64,000 bases of DNA from a virus (IMGVR_UViG_3300021256_000085:21736-85735); one strand, 5' to 3'. Shown: positions 48,798 through 59,641, numbered from the stretch's first letter. Program-made: numbers and translations. The notes: generated by a model from the letters alone, not told the origin.

Positions 48798-50324
48798 TTA
48801 ATATTTGTTTTTAATTCTATCAGCTTGTAATTTCATTTGTTCTTTAATCATAGACTTAGCTAACTCTTCATCATCTATTGATTCAAAAAGCATAGCACAA
48901 ATTATGAAAGTACGAATTGATACTTCAATATCCATTTTAGATTTAATCAACTCTAAAAGATAATCATATGCTTTTAATTTATTTTTGATAGATAGTTTTT
49001 CTGGATTTAAGTCTGGTAATAATCCTTTAATTATTTTTAATACATCTTCTGTTGTAAAATGAATATCTTGTATATAAGATCTTCCACGTAAAGCGGTATC
49101 TAATGATCCTGCATTATAATTAGTAATAATGATAACTGAACCATTATAATAGAATCTTTTTGGTAATTCATTTCCATCATCATCAGTTATTTTACCAGCA
49201 ACACCATATGAGATAAGTCTTCCTTCAGGTTCACTAGTTGAATCTAATGCACCTTTCAAGATATTAATACAATCTTCTGGAGCTTTTGGTCCTACTAATG
49301 AATCTGCATCATCAATCACTAATATATCTCCTTTATCTTTATAATCATATAGAGCTAAATATAATCTTCGTGGGGTACATTTACCTTTAATTGTAAATAA
49401 GTTTTGACCTTCTATATAATCATTTTCTTTTAATAATTTCTTAACTTTGAATGTTTTACCAACACCTGGGGCACCACATAATATAACTGATGGATTAATT
49501 CCTTTAATTACCATCTTCACATATCCTTCCATTTTCTTGAAAACCATTTCTGGATCTTCAGATTCTTCTTGTAGTTTTGTCTCAGCAGTTTTCTCTGATT
49601 TAGTTTTTGAAACGGTGACTAATTTAGATTTAGATAATTCTAATTCAATTTCTTTGACAGATGATGCTCCACCTTTAATAGCTTTAAGAATCTCATTAAA
49701 TTCTTTACTTATATTTTGAAATCTTTCTTGATCTTCTTTAGAATTATTTCTATTCATCAATGCTTGTTGAAGTTCCTCGGCTTTTTTGTGCTTATAATTA
49801 TCTACTTCATTCTCATAAATATGATATCGTAAAGAACCAACATAGAATCTTGATTCTTTAATATCAGATTTTTTAAATATACTACGACCTATTTCAATCG
49901 CTTCCTTTTCTGATAATGAATAATTTTTAGTATTGACAATGGTCCAAATAATTGGTAAAAAATATACTAATGAACTATCTAAGGTATTGATGGTCAATTT
50001 AGACTTTGAACTTCCATTGAATAAGATGTCCATATTATTAAAGAAATCAATAGAATGTGGATTGACACTATCAGATGATTTATTCCAATTGATTTGGAAT
50101 ACTTGACCGGTTTTATCTTTAGGTGAAATTACTAAAAATTGTTTTGTAATAAATTCTTCTTTAGATGTTTTAGTAGTAACATATCCAACTAATGGAACTA
50201 ATAAGTCATCAATATGCTTAGATAAGATTTTATCAATCCCATTAATATATTGATCTAAGTTTTTAATAGAAATAGATGATTCATTTATTTGTTTTTGTTT
50301 TTGAATGAAGTCTAAGAATGTCAT
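48798..50324 (-). CDS. AAA+/P-loop ATPase with leader-like N-terminus MTFLDFIQKQKQINE
   Basis: Walker A CGAPGVGKT; Walker B ILVIDDAD; IIITN; ALRGRS. Confidence 0.8.
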   Translation of the reverse strand: MTFLDFIQKQKQINESSISIKNLDQYINGIDKILSKHIDDLLVPLVGYVTTKTSKEEFITKQFLVISPKDKTGQVFQINWNKSSDSVNPHSIDFFNNMDILFNGSSKSKLTINTLDSSLVYFLPIIWTIVNTKNYSLSEKEAIEIGRSIFKKSDIKESRFYVGSLRYHIYENEVDNYKHKKAEELQQALMNRNNSKEDQERFQNISKEFNEILKAIKGGASSVKEIELELSKSKLVTVSKTKSEKTAETKLQEESEDPEMVFKKMEGYVKMVIKGINPSVILCGAPGVGKTFKVKKLLKENDYIEGQNLFTIKGKCTPRRLYLALYDYKDKGDILVIDDADSLVGPKAPEDCINILKGALDSTSEPEGRLISYGVAGKITDDDGNELPKRFYYNGSVIIITNYNAGSLDTALRGRSYIQDIHFTTEDVLKIIKGLLPDLNPEKLSIKNKLKAYDYLLELIKSKMDIEVSIRTFIICAMLFESIDDEELAKSMIKEQMKLQADRIKNKY

Positions 50325-50327
50325 AGT

Positions 50328-52004
50328 TTAAATAAAATAAATTTCAATTGGCTTAAGTTGAACACAAGTATTTGAGTTCTCCGATTTATTTGGATAATAT
50401 TTAATATTTTTTGATAATTTAGGTATTTCAACTAAAGTGTTCAATGAGATATTTCCAAATATATCTAATCCAGGGGTATTATATTGATTATATTTATTTG
50501 TAATCTTATTATCATTATAGAAATCTAAATCTGTAAGATATTCTGTATATTCTTTATTCTTATATGCTAATTCATTATATTCTGATACAAAATTCAAATC
50601 AATAGAATCAATTAGATTTTCAGTATCATTATTCAATATCAAATTAATGATTTCTGATTTAGATATGAATTTTACTGAATAATGTAAATTAATAAAATAA
50701 TCTAATAGTATTTGATTAATATTCAATTTAATACTTTCCTTCTTGTATTCTGAATTAGTCTTGATATATATGATGATTGAATAGTTTCTGATGATTGGAT
50801 CAATAAACTCAACATTAAATCCAGCTATTGTCTTATTTGAATTACCTAATGTTGAGATAATCATATTCTTTTGATCTTCACTTAGCATCATTTCTTTATC
50901 ACTCAATTCATAGTATTTCTCTTTATCTTGATATATATTCTCAATATTTTGTAAAGCAATAATAAATAACTTATTATATTTCAATGATGTATAACAATTA
51001 TTATATCCGATGAATGAGAATCTTTTCAAGAAAAGCTTCATATTATCTATATTTGAATAGATTAATGAACGAGAGTTAGCACCAACCATATTTCTGATAA
51101 ATTCAATATCATCTGCATTATTACCACCTGAAATAAATGTGTTGATCTTCAAATCAAGATAATCATTCAAGTCAATAGTATTTCCTAATATATCAGTTCC
51201 TGATTCATAGAATACAAATTCAGATTCTTCATTAGATTTAATATTACCAGATAATCCATCATGTGTTAAATATTCAATTTCAACAACTTGTCCTTCTTTA
51301 AGTTTCTTACCATACATTCCATTACCAAATGTAATATCAAAAGTATTATCATAACCAATCGATAACACATATCCACAATCATTTTCACCCATATCATACA
51401 AACATGAATATTCATCATATTTCTCGCCATCAACAGTTACTTTAACATAATTTCTATCAAAGAGAATAACTGTTGAGATATGAATAGATTCTAAGTCTTC
51501 CCCAGTAGCAACATAACGAGAATTGACAAATATACCTTGACAAATCTTGAATTGATATTCAATCAATGGATTATTTAAGTTGAATATATAATAATCAGTT
51601 GGTAGAACAATTGAATATTTAATACCAGTTAGTTTATTGACAACTAATGAGTGATTTTTCACATAGATTGTATGTTTAGTCTTGTTTATCTTATTGTTAA
51701 TGTGCATTTTAGCAATTAACAATCCACTTGCGGCAACCCCATAGTTTGGTTCAAATCCAGAAACTTTGGCAAGAGAGAAAATAGATTTTTTTCTGGTTGC
51801 GGTAAAAATATTTTGTTCAGTCAAGGCATCTTCAATATAAAACATGATATTTTGCATTATACCTTTGATACCATTGAATATCACTCCGAATATTTGTGTA
51901 TTGGTATATTGTAATCCAAGATTATTAAAAGATTTTGATAAAAATGAATAGACAGATTCATCAAAATTCTCAAATGTGGTTTCTATTGTTTTAAATAATT
52001 TCAT
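50328..52004 (-). CDS. baseplate wedge subunit, T4 gp6/baseplate-J-like
   Basis: EQNIFTATRKKSIFSLAKVSGFEP; YDITFGNGMYGKKL; ISGGNNADDIEFIR; adjacent to a gp25-like gene. Confidence 0.8.
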   Translation of the reverse strand: MKLFKTIETTFENFDESVYSFLSKSFNNLGLQYTNTQIFGVIFNGIKGIMQNIMFYIEDALTEQNIFTATRKKSIFSLAKVSGFEPNYGVAASGLLIAKMHINNKINKTKHTIYVKNHSLVVNKLTGIKYSIVLPTDYYIFNLNNPLIEYQFKICQGIFVNSRYVATGEDLESIHISTVILFDRNYVKVTVDGEKYDEYSCLYDMGENDCGYVLSIGYDNTFDITFGNGMYGKKLKEGQVVEIEYLTHDGLSGNIKSNEESEFVFYESGTDILGNTIDLNDYLDLKINTFISGGNNADDIEFIRNMVGANSRSLIYSNIDNMKLFLKRFSFIGYNNCYTSLKYNKLFIIALQNIENIYQDKEKYYELSDKEMMLSEDQKNMIISTLGNSNKTIAGFNVEFIDPIIRNYSIIIYIKTNSEYKKESIKLNINQILLDYFINLHYSVKFISKSEIINLILNNDTENLIDSIDLNFVSEYNELAYKNKEYTEYLTDLDFYNDNKITNKYNQYNTPGLDIFGNISLNTLVEIPKLSKNIKYYPNKSENSNTCVQLKPIEIYFI

Positions 52005-52009
52005 GTATG

Positions 52010-52360
52010 TTATTTCAGTTTATATATTCTTTGTCTTTCATCAGCATCATTCTTATCATGTTTTATATTAATATCAACAACATATATTACGTTTGTTAAT
52101 TCTGTTTCTTGATGAACTTCAATCATATAATAACATTCTCTTAAGAATAATGTCTCATTTTGTATTTTTTCTTCTAAATATCTTTTTATTTGATCTTCAA
52201 CTGGATTCATTTGCCATAAGAATTGTTCAAAATTAGTTCCAAAATTTGGATATCCAATCAATTCAGTATTTTCAGTATTAAATAAAATATCTAATTCCTG
52301 TAATGCTAAATCCAATTTATCTTGAAGATATATTCGAGAATCAATAGCTAAATCCATCAT
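52010..52360 (-). CDS. baseplate wedge subunit, T4 gp25-like
   Basis: LFNTENTELIGYPNFGTNFEQFLW. Confidence 0.75.
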   Translation of the reverse strand: MMDLAIDSRIYLQDKLDLALQELDILFNTENTELIGYPNFGTNFEQFLWQMNPVEDQIKRYLEEKIQNETLFLRECYYMIEVHQETELTNVIYVVDINIKHDKNDADERQRIYKLK

Positions 52361-52380
52361 ATATAATTTAAAATTATCAT

Positions 52381-54693
52381 TTATTTAATAACTGACCAAT
52401 TTCCATAAGTGATATATTCATGATCTTGATTGTAAATCTCAAATGTACCAGATTGATTAGTCAATTGAACGGCCGGAATATTGAATATCACATAATTCAC
52501 ATTTCTACCAATCTCATCATATGTATTTCCATCTAAAGTCATTATAAACAAATCAACTTTAGACATATATTCATGCAAATCAATACCAATATGTTGATTT
52601 TGCATATATTTGATGGTAATATTATTTAATTGATTTGTCTTGAAGAAAATTGGCTTATATATAATTTGTGTATTTTTAATAATTTGATTAGATTTAATAT
52701 CACTTGAATCTTCATTTCTTGTGATACTACAATTAATATTATTTATAAAACTATATGGGGTATAATTCTTATACCATTCTTCTAATTGTAATTTTATATT
52801 TTCATCATTAATATTTTCAAGAATGCTCTCAAAAGTATCATTATTTGTCTTATTATTTAAATTTAACTCAATCATTGGATTTGAATTATTGAATATTTTT
52901 TGATTTAATTCTACTAAGTTATCTAATCTATTTTTTGTAGAAAGATCTGTTGGTGGTAAGATATATTTGAATTTTTCTTTAGATATGTATACTTCATTAC
53001 TCATGATTTCCATACCTATAAAACGGTCTATAAAAATCAATCTACAAACCACTATAGAAGGCATTTCTACCCAATCATTAAACATTTTATATATATTAAA
53101 GAAAAAATGACCATCTCCTAAAGACTTAAAAATATCAATAGTACCATCTTCATTTATAATTTTGTCTATTTGATTAATATTGATATTCTCACTATAGAAT
53201 AGATGATTAAAATCTCTATCAGAAGCAAATTCAATTCTAAATCCAAAGAAATCAATTGATGCTTTATATTCTTCAATATAATCTTCTAAGAATAATTCCC
53301 ATCTAGACTCTTTAAGTTTTTGTATATATTCAAATTTAGATAATCCGGGTTTAGCTTTACCTGATTCAACCAAATAAGAAATAGACTCATCACTGATATC
53401 AGAGATATTATTAATTTCAGATAATTCTTCAATATAAGTTTCTTTTAAATGATCATTAGTATAGATTTTTCGGTCGATAATGTGATGATAGAAACAATAA
53501 GCTTCATATAATGATTGATTAGGATAATTAGTTTTGAAAAATTCTTCTTCTGGATAATGGAAATGACCAATAATTGAAATTATTCCATTATGATCAAAAT
53601 CACATAAAGCTGATAATGTAAAATTATATTGAGTAATAAAAGAACAAGTTCCAGGAAGATAATTATCAGATAAAGTATATATTAAAGTTGTTTTATTAAG
53701 ATTATTATATGGATATAATGATACATTCAAAGGAGTTGTGATATAATTGTTGTCAATAGACAAACGATATTTGAAATATACTTTCTTAAATAGTTTTTCT
53801 TCTCTTTCAAATACTCCATTGTTATTATAATCTTCATCATATTCTTCTATTCCCCAAGGTTGGCAAAACAATGCAATTGGGACATATTGGTTGACAATAC
53901 TATTCTCATTGGTAGAAATTTTATTATTTCGATCTAATTTGATAATTGATTTATTCAAGAAATCTGTATTCTTATCTGATACTGTATCTACTATATTTAA
54001 ATCTTCTTTAAAATATAATTTATAGTCATAAGTATCTTTACCTATCAATTGTCTGTCAAATAATTTTTCAATACTTGGAATATAACATTTGATATATTCA
54101 GAATATATATTGTTTTTATATCTATATTCAGTATCACTACTATAATATTTGGATTCACCGTTTTGATTATAGTACCATTGTTTAGTTTGACAAAGATAAT
54201 GAAAATGAATATTATTGATAAAGTTTTCAATATGGATAATAAAATTTTGATTGACTTTAGTTACCGGATGATATATTTTAACTAAATCACATGGAATATC
54301 AGCTCTAGTAAATGTACAAGTATTATCATCTGGGTTAATTGTTTTCTCTAAGATATCATATACTGCTAATTCATTGATAATATCATCATCAATATAAGTA
54401 TCATTAAAAATATTATAAGATGGGGAATAATACATAGTATCTTTATTAGATGGAAATACTATCTCATCAATAATATCTTTAGGATTACTTGTTGCTAATT
54501 TATTCTTGTAGGTTTCAAAAATATTTCGTTCAATAAAATATATATTATCATCAGTGGCAATATTATTGATTAATCGAAAATTTCTCAACATGACAAAATT
54601 CTTATGATTATCTTCTAATAAACCAAATTCTGAATAAGGTATATATTCTATTCTATAAGTATATTCATTAATATTTAAATATTCAATTTTCAT
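52381..54693 (-). CDS. 770-aa probable structural protein of the baseplate operon
   Basis: First gene after the late-type motif at 54718; upstream of gp25/gp6-like genes. Confidence 0.45.
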   Translation of the reverse strand: MKIEYLNINEYTYRIEYIPYSEFGLLEDNHKNFVMLRNFRLINNIATDDNIYFIERNIFETYKNKLATSNPKDIIDEIVFPSNKDTMYYSPSYNIFNDTYIDDDIINELAVYDILEKTINPDDNTCTFTRADIPCDLVKIYHPVTKVNQNFIIHIENFINNIHFHYLCQTKQWYYNQNGESKYYSSDTEYRYKNNIYSEYIKCYIPSIEKLFDRQLIGKDTYDYKLYFKEDLNIVDTVSDKNTDFLNKSIIKLDRNNKISTNENSIVNQYVPIALFCQPWGIEEYDEDYNNNGVFEREEKLFKKVYFKYRLSIDNNYITTPLNVSLYPYNNLNKTTLIYTLSDNYLPGTCSFITQYNFTLSALCDFDHNGIISIIGHFHYPEEEFFKTNYPNQSLYEAYCFYHHIIDRKIYTNDHLKETYIEELSEINNISDISDESISYLVESGKAKPGLSKFEYIQKLKESRWELFLEDYIEEYKASIDFFGFRIEFASDRDFNHLFYSENININQIDKIINEDGTIDIFKSLGDGHFFFNIYKMFNDWVEMPSIVVCRLIFIDRFIGMEIMSNEVYISKEKFKYILPPTDLSTKNRLDNLVELNQKIFNNSNPMIELNLNNKTNNDTFESILENINDENIKLQLEEWYKNYTPYSFINNINCSITRNEDSSDIKSNQIIKNTQIIYKPIFFKTNQLNNITIKYMQNQHIGIDLHEYMSKVDLFIMTLDGNTYDEIGRNVNYVIFNIPAVQLTNQSGTFEIYNQDHEYITYGNWSVIK

Positions 54694-54825
54694 TAATATC
54701 TATTTAACCTTATATTATATATAAAAATAAAATTATGATATTAATAGAGATGATTTACTATAAATAAATTAAAACCATATTACCATATTTTCTATATTAT
54801 AAATAAGTATATCAAACTTTACTAT

Positions 54826-55908
54826 ATGACTGAATATGACAAATTAAACAAAGTCTTAGAAGGCAAATCAATATTATATATACCTATTTATTCTTGTTTT
54901 GACTATCAAACTGGTAATTTGAATTTTAAAGCTGATGGAAATATTAACAGATTTTTATCAACTTTTTATCATTGTAACAAATATAAGAAATTAGATATAT
55001 TGGTTCCTCCATCTGGAAATGTTAAAGAATGGTTTGAAAATATTTGTAAAACTTATTTACAAAATTGTAATTTAATATCTTGCCCATTAATAGTTAAATC
55101 AGCAAAGGTTGAAAGAAGTATTGAGTTTAGTTATAAAATTCTAGATTTTTTTAAAACCAATAACATAGATATAAATTCATATAATTATATTATTTGTGAA
55201 GCACAACATGTATTTTTAAGGTTATATAATATGGTATCATATAATCTATTTTTAAGATCATATGATATTGGAATTCAAGATAAATTGATTTATTGGTGTC
55301 CGGTTTGTGCTACTGATAATAAAAGTAGAGATTTTCTTGAACCATATAAAGAAATTGATAAATTTATTTTTAGTGTGGCTAAGAATGTTATTGTTGCTTC
55401 TAATGATCAAGTTAAATATTATAATAACTATCATTTTGGTGGTAATCTAATACAAATTGAATCATTAATTGATAGACAACTTCCATTTTTTAAGTATTAT
55501 ATAGATTGGAATATTGTTCATTTTATCAATGGATTCCATATCAAGAATAATATATTCTTACCATTTAGATTAACTGATATGGGATATCAAACTCAAAAAA
55601 TTGTTGATTATCTATATAATGATTATAATTCAAATCATACTTTTAAAGTATTTTATACAAATCCAAATAATTGTGATATATATCAATTTGCAAATAATGA
55701 CTCATATAAGAAATTATTCTTAGATAAATATTTTATAGAAGTACCAAAAGATAGAGATATTTTTTATTCTATAATTGATTATTGTAATGTAATTATTCCA
55801 TATTTTGAAGACACTGAATTTATTTGTCATGCGGCTATTGATGAGTTTAAATATGGAAATTGTATTGTTTGTAAAAATTTAGATGAATTCAAAAATATTT
55901 TAAGTTAA
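54826..55908 (+). CDS. putative glycosyltransferase (GT-B-like), DNA-modification candidate
   Basis: Two Rossmann-like halves (SILYIPIYS...; IFLPFRLTD...VFYTNPN); first gene of the sugar-nucleotide operon. Call rests mainly on context. Confidence 0.4.
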   Translation: MTEYDKLNKVLEGKSILYIPIYSCFDYQTGNLNFKADGNINRFLSTFYHCNKYKKLDILVPPSGNVKEWFENICKTYLQNCNLISCPLIVKSAKVERSIEFSYKILDFFKTNNIDINSYNYIICEAQHVFLRLYNMVSYNLFLRSYDIGIQDKLIYWCPVCATDNKSRDFLEPYKEIDKFIFSVAKNVIVASNDQVKYYNNYHFGGNLIQIESLIDRQLPFFKYYIDWNIVHFINGFHIKNNIFLPFRLTDMGYQTQKIVDYLYNDYNSNHTFKVFYTNPNNCDIYQFANNDSYKKLFLDKYFIEVPKDRDIFYSIIDYCNVIIPYFEDTEFICHAAIDEFKYGNCIVCKNLDEFKNILS

Positions 55909-55915
55909 TATATAT

Positions 55916-56551
55916 ATGGAAAATAAAATTCAAAAAATGTTTGATTTGTTTTTTGACTTAGATTCCAACCAAGAATTAAATAAAATCAAACAATTAGTTA
56001 TTAATAATCCAGATATCTTGAATAAAGGTTTTATATTTACTGGAGTAGGTAAAAACTGGTATATTTGTGAAAAACTAAACAAGACTTTTCTTTCTATGGG
56101 ACTAAAATCTCAAGCATTAGATCCGGTTCACGCTTTGCATGGTGATTTAGGTATGGTTGATGGTCAAATTATATTTTTTATTTCTAAATCAGGAAATACC
56201 GAAGAGCTTATCAAATTGGCAAAGACATTAAGAGCTTTAAAAAATCAACATATTAAAGATTGTATTATGGTTGGTTTTTGCTTAAATAATCAATTTGAGA
56301 ATAGTAGATTGTATGATTATTTGATAATTCCAAGTAAAAGGTTTCCAAAAGACCAAATATATGAATTTGATGAAAAGAATATTGTTCCAACTTTATCTAT
56401 AAATATTATGCAAATGGTTTTGGATAAATTTGGAGTTGAAATATTTGAATCTTATGACTATCTTGTAAATAATTATAAATATAACCATTTAGCCGGAGAG
56501 AATGGCCGTAGGCTTGGTGTAGATAAATTATTAAAAGAATTTACCAAATGA
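55916..56551 (+). CDS. kdsD: SIS-domain arabinose-5-phosphate isomerase (KdsD/GutQ-like, no CBS domains)
   Basis: FTGVGKNWYI...ALHGDLGMV...ISKSGNTEEL. Confidence 0.85.
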   Translation: MENKIQKMFDLFFDLDSNQELNKIKQLVINNPDILNKGFIFTGVGKNWYICEKLNKTFLSMGLKSQALDPVHALHGDLGMVDGQIIFFISKSGNTEELIKLAKTLRALKNQHIKDCIMVGFCLNNQFENSRLYDYLIIPSKRFPKDQIYEFDEKNIVPTLSINIMQMVLDKFGVEIFESYDYLVNNYKYNHLAGENGRRLGVDKLLKEFTK

Positions 56552-58065
56552 ATAAATTAAAGAACATTATTATCGTAGCTGGTGGAGAGAATACCCGTTT
56601 TAATGAAATGAATATTTTCCCAAAGATATTGTTACCAACATTGAATGATCCATCTATATTATCATATGATTGTAAATTATTTGAAAACTATAATATCTAT
56701 TTGATTATTAATGATAGATATGAATTAATGACTAAACAATATATTAAGAAAAACCAATTAGATATTAATATATTGGTGAGTCATAATCATAATGGTAGTG
56801 CAAATACAATATATGATTTGATAAATGAATTACCAAAAGAAGATATTCTTTTTGTTTGGTCAGATCTTATATTAGATAAAATTGGAGTAGAAGATATTGA
56901 AAATTATATTCAGACTATATCTGATAATAATGTAATTTTTACTTATGATGGTAAATATAGATTCAAAGCAACTAATGATAGTATTCAATTATCTGAATAT
57001 GGTAATATACCAGGAATTTATTATTGTAAAAACTTAGATAAAATTTTTAATAATTACAAAGTTAAAAACAATTATGATTATTTAGAAATTATTAAAGATA
57101 ATTTTTTAAATGATTTTACAATTCATGAATATAAAGGACAAATCATTGAATTTAGAGATTTGAAAATTTATCTAGATTATTATAAACCACAAATTAAGAA
57201 AACTAATACAAGATTTTTCAATAAGATGATTGTTGAGTCAAATATGTTGACAAAACAATGTATTAATAAAGATTATAATCATCTTATTGAACGAGAAATT
57301 AATTGGTATAATACTTGTAAAGATAATAATTATTATAATATTCCAACAATTTATGAGACTAATAAAGAAAATCATTTTATCAAGATGGAATATTTAGATG
57401 GTTATCAAAATATATATGAATTTATCAAACAATGTAATGATGAAGAATTCAATATATTTATGAAATCATATCTTAAAGCTGTTGAAAATCTTCATCAATT
57501 AAATCAGGTTAAAGTAGATTATCAACAAGCTTATGAAGATTTTTATATAGAATTTTATGATAAAGTGATTAAGCGGTGTAATAATATTTCTGGTATTTTA
57601 TATAATTATGATGAGAATAAACTTAAAGAAATATTAAATAAAGCATTTAATAGAATTATTGAATTAATTGGTAAAAATAATCTAAATAACTATTCATTTA
57701 CCCATGGAGACTTAAATGGAAGTAATGTAATGTATAATCAAAATACCCATGATATTAAGTTTATTGATCCTCGCGGATATTTTGGTAAAACTCAACTTAT
57801 TGGTCCTGCATCTTATGATTATGCAAAAATCATGTATTGTCTTTCTGGATATGATGATTTTAACAATGGTAATTCAAGATTTACAAAAGATTGGTATGAT
57901 GAACCCCAAGAATTACGTCATTATGAATTTGGAGAAAACCAAAAACTATATTATATTATGGTAGGTATTATTTGGGTGGCATTAGCTGAATATATATCTC
58001 AAGATGTGTTTAAAGCGAATATAGCTTATAGACATGGATTAAAAATTTTGAATAGTATATTATGA
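56548..58065 (+). CDS. bifunctional sugar nucleotidyltransferase + APH/choline-kinase-like kinase
   Basis: N-terminal IIVAGGENTRF...FPKILLP...VWSD; C-terminal HGDLNGSNVMY...FIDPRG. Confidence 0.85.
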   Translation: MNKLKNIIIVAGGENTRFNEMNIFPKILLPTLNDPSILSYDCKLFENYNIYLIINDRYELMTKQYIKKNQLDINILVSHNHNGSANTIYDLINELPKEDILFVWSDLILDKIGVEDIENYIQTISDNNVIFTYDGKYRFKATNDSIQLSEYGNIPGIYYCKNLDKIFNNYKVKNNYDYLEIIKDNFLNDFTIHEYKGQIIEFRDLKIYLDYYKPQIKKTNTRFFNKMIVESNMLTKQCINKDYNHLIEREINWYNTCKDNNYYNIPTIYETNKENHFIKMEYLDGYQNIYEFIKQCNDEEFNIFMKSYLKAVENLHQLNQVKVDYQQAYEDFYIEFYDKVIKRCNNISGILYNYDENKLKEILNKAFNRIIELIGKNNLNNYSFTHGDLNGSNVMYNQNTHDIKFIDPRGYFGKTQLIGPASYDYAKIMYCLSGYDDFNNGNSRFTKDWYDEPQELRHYEFGENQKLYYIMVGIIWVALAEYISQDVFKANIAYRHGLKILNSIL

Positions 58066-58613
58066 AAAAATTATATGTAATTGAAGGATTTGATAGATCT
58101 GGTAAAGATACATTAATGAATGACTTATCTAAAGAAAATCTATCGAATACTTATATTTATTTTAATAATTTAGAAGGATTACCTAAATATGATAAAGAAC
58201 AAGATAATTTTTTAGTTTGGTTAAATAAGTTTATAGATAAACAAACTAATGATTTGATTGAACTATTCAAGAAATATAATAATATAGTAATGACAAGATT
58301 GATTATTTCTGATGAAGTATATAGTTCATTATTTAATCGAGAACATACAACTATTAAATATATGGAACGATTAAATGATATAGAAATTTATAATTATTGT
58401 ATTCTATTCTTGAATTATAATGAGTATTTAAATAGAATTAAACATCTTGAAAATGAAGAGGTTCAATATCATCAAAGAGATTTTGAACGAATTAATGATT
58501 TATATGAAGAGAAATTAATTTCATCAAACTATAAATACTATATTAATTATATTAAGTCTGATACAACTCCTAATGATATTTTACAAGATTTTATTTCTTA
58601 TATTAAAAATTAA
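58062..58613 (+). CDS. deoxynucleoside monophosphate kinase (thymidylate kinase-like)
   Basis: YVIEGFDRSGKDT P-loop; MTRLIISDEVYSSLFNR. Confidence 0.75.
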   Translation: MKKLYVIEGFDRSGKDTLMNDLSKENLSNTYIYFNNLEGLPKYDKEQDNFLVWLNKFIDKQTNDLIELFKKYNNIVMTRLIISDEVYSSLFNREHTTIKYMERLNDIEIYNYCILFLNYNEYLNRIKHLENEEVQYHQRDFERINDLYEEKLISSNYKYYINYIKSDTTPNDILQDFISYIKN

Positions 58614-58618
58614 AAACT

Positions 58619-59641
58619 ATGAAAGAATTTAATAAAATGTTGATTTGTGGACCATGTGCTGCTGAATCAGATATTCAATTAAAAACGATTGCTAAACGAT
58701 TAAAGGAAAATAATATTAATTGTTTGTTTAGAGCTGGTATTTGGAAACCTCGTACAAAACCTGGTACATTTGAAGGTTTGGGTGAAATTGCTATTAAGTG
58801 GATGTGTGAGATTCGTGAACAGTATGGATTTAAAATTGGTTGGGAAGTGGCAACTAAAGAACATGTTGATATTTCTTTAAAATATAATCCAGATTTTCTT
58901 TGGATTGGGGCCCGTACAACTGTTAATCCATTCTTGATAGATATTTTAGCCAAATCATTATCAAATACTAATATAGATGTATATGTCAAGAATCCATCTA
59001 ATTCAGATTATAGTCTTTGGGAAGGTTCAATTGAAAGATTATTGAAATATAATGTTAATGTTGTTGGGGTTATTCATCGTGGATTTTCTTCACAAAATTT
59101 AGCTGATTACCGTAATGCACCAATGTGGTCAATTCCAATTAAGATTAAGAATAAATTTCCGAATTTGTTGTTATTGGGAGATCCTAGTCATATGGGTGGT
59201 CATGATTTTTTGATTAAAGAAATTTCACAAAAAATGATGAATTTAAATTATGATGGTCTTATGATTGAAGTTCATAATAATCCTAAAGAAGCATGGACCG
59301 ATTCTAAACAACAAATTACCGCAAATACTTTAAGAGAAATATTAGATAATTTAGAAATACCAATAGAAAATACAAGTAATGGTTTAATTGAATATCGATT
59401 ACAAATTGATGAGATTGATGATCAAATTATGTCATTAATTAAACAAAGATTTGAAATCACCAATAAAGTTGGGCAATGGAAGAAAGAACATAATGTATCT
59501 ATTTTCCAGAAAAATCGATATGAAGAAATATTAAACAAAAATAAAGTAAGATCTAATCGATATAATTTAGATATTGATTTGATTAATAGTATTTTTAATA
59601 TTATTCATGAGAAATCTGTAGAACAACAATTAAATGAATAA
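58619..59641 (+). CDS. bifunctional DAHP synthase (type I-beta) / chorismate mutase (AroQ), Bacteroidota type
   Basis: CGPCAAES; RAGIWKPRTKPG (KPRT, not the KANRS of KdsA); WIGART; HRGF; DPSH; C-terminal YRLQIDEIDDQI...RF...VGQWKK...FQKNR. Confidence 0.92.
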   Translation: MKEFNKMLICGPCAAESDIQLKTIAKRLKENNINCLFRAGIWKPRTKPGTFEGLGEIAIKWMCEIREQYGFKIGWEVATKEHVDISLKYNPDFLWIGARTTVNPFLIDILAKSLSNTNIDVYVKNPSNSDYSLWEGSIERLLKYNVNVVGVIHRGFSSQNLADYRNAPMWSIPIKIKNKFPNLLLLGDPSHMGGHDFLIKEISQKMMNLNYDGLMIEVHNNPKEAWTDSKQQITANTLREILDNLEIPIENTSNGLIEYRLQIDEIDDQIMSLIKQRFEITNKVGQWKKEHNVSIFQKNRYEEILNKNKVRSNRYNLDIDLINSIFNIIHEKSVEQQLNE

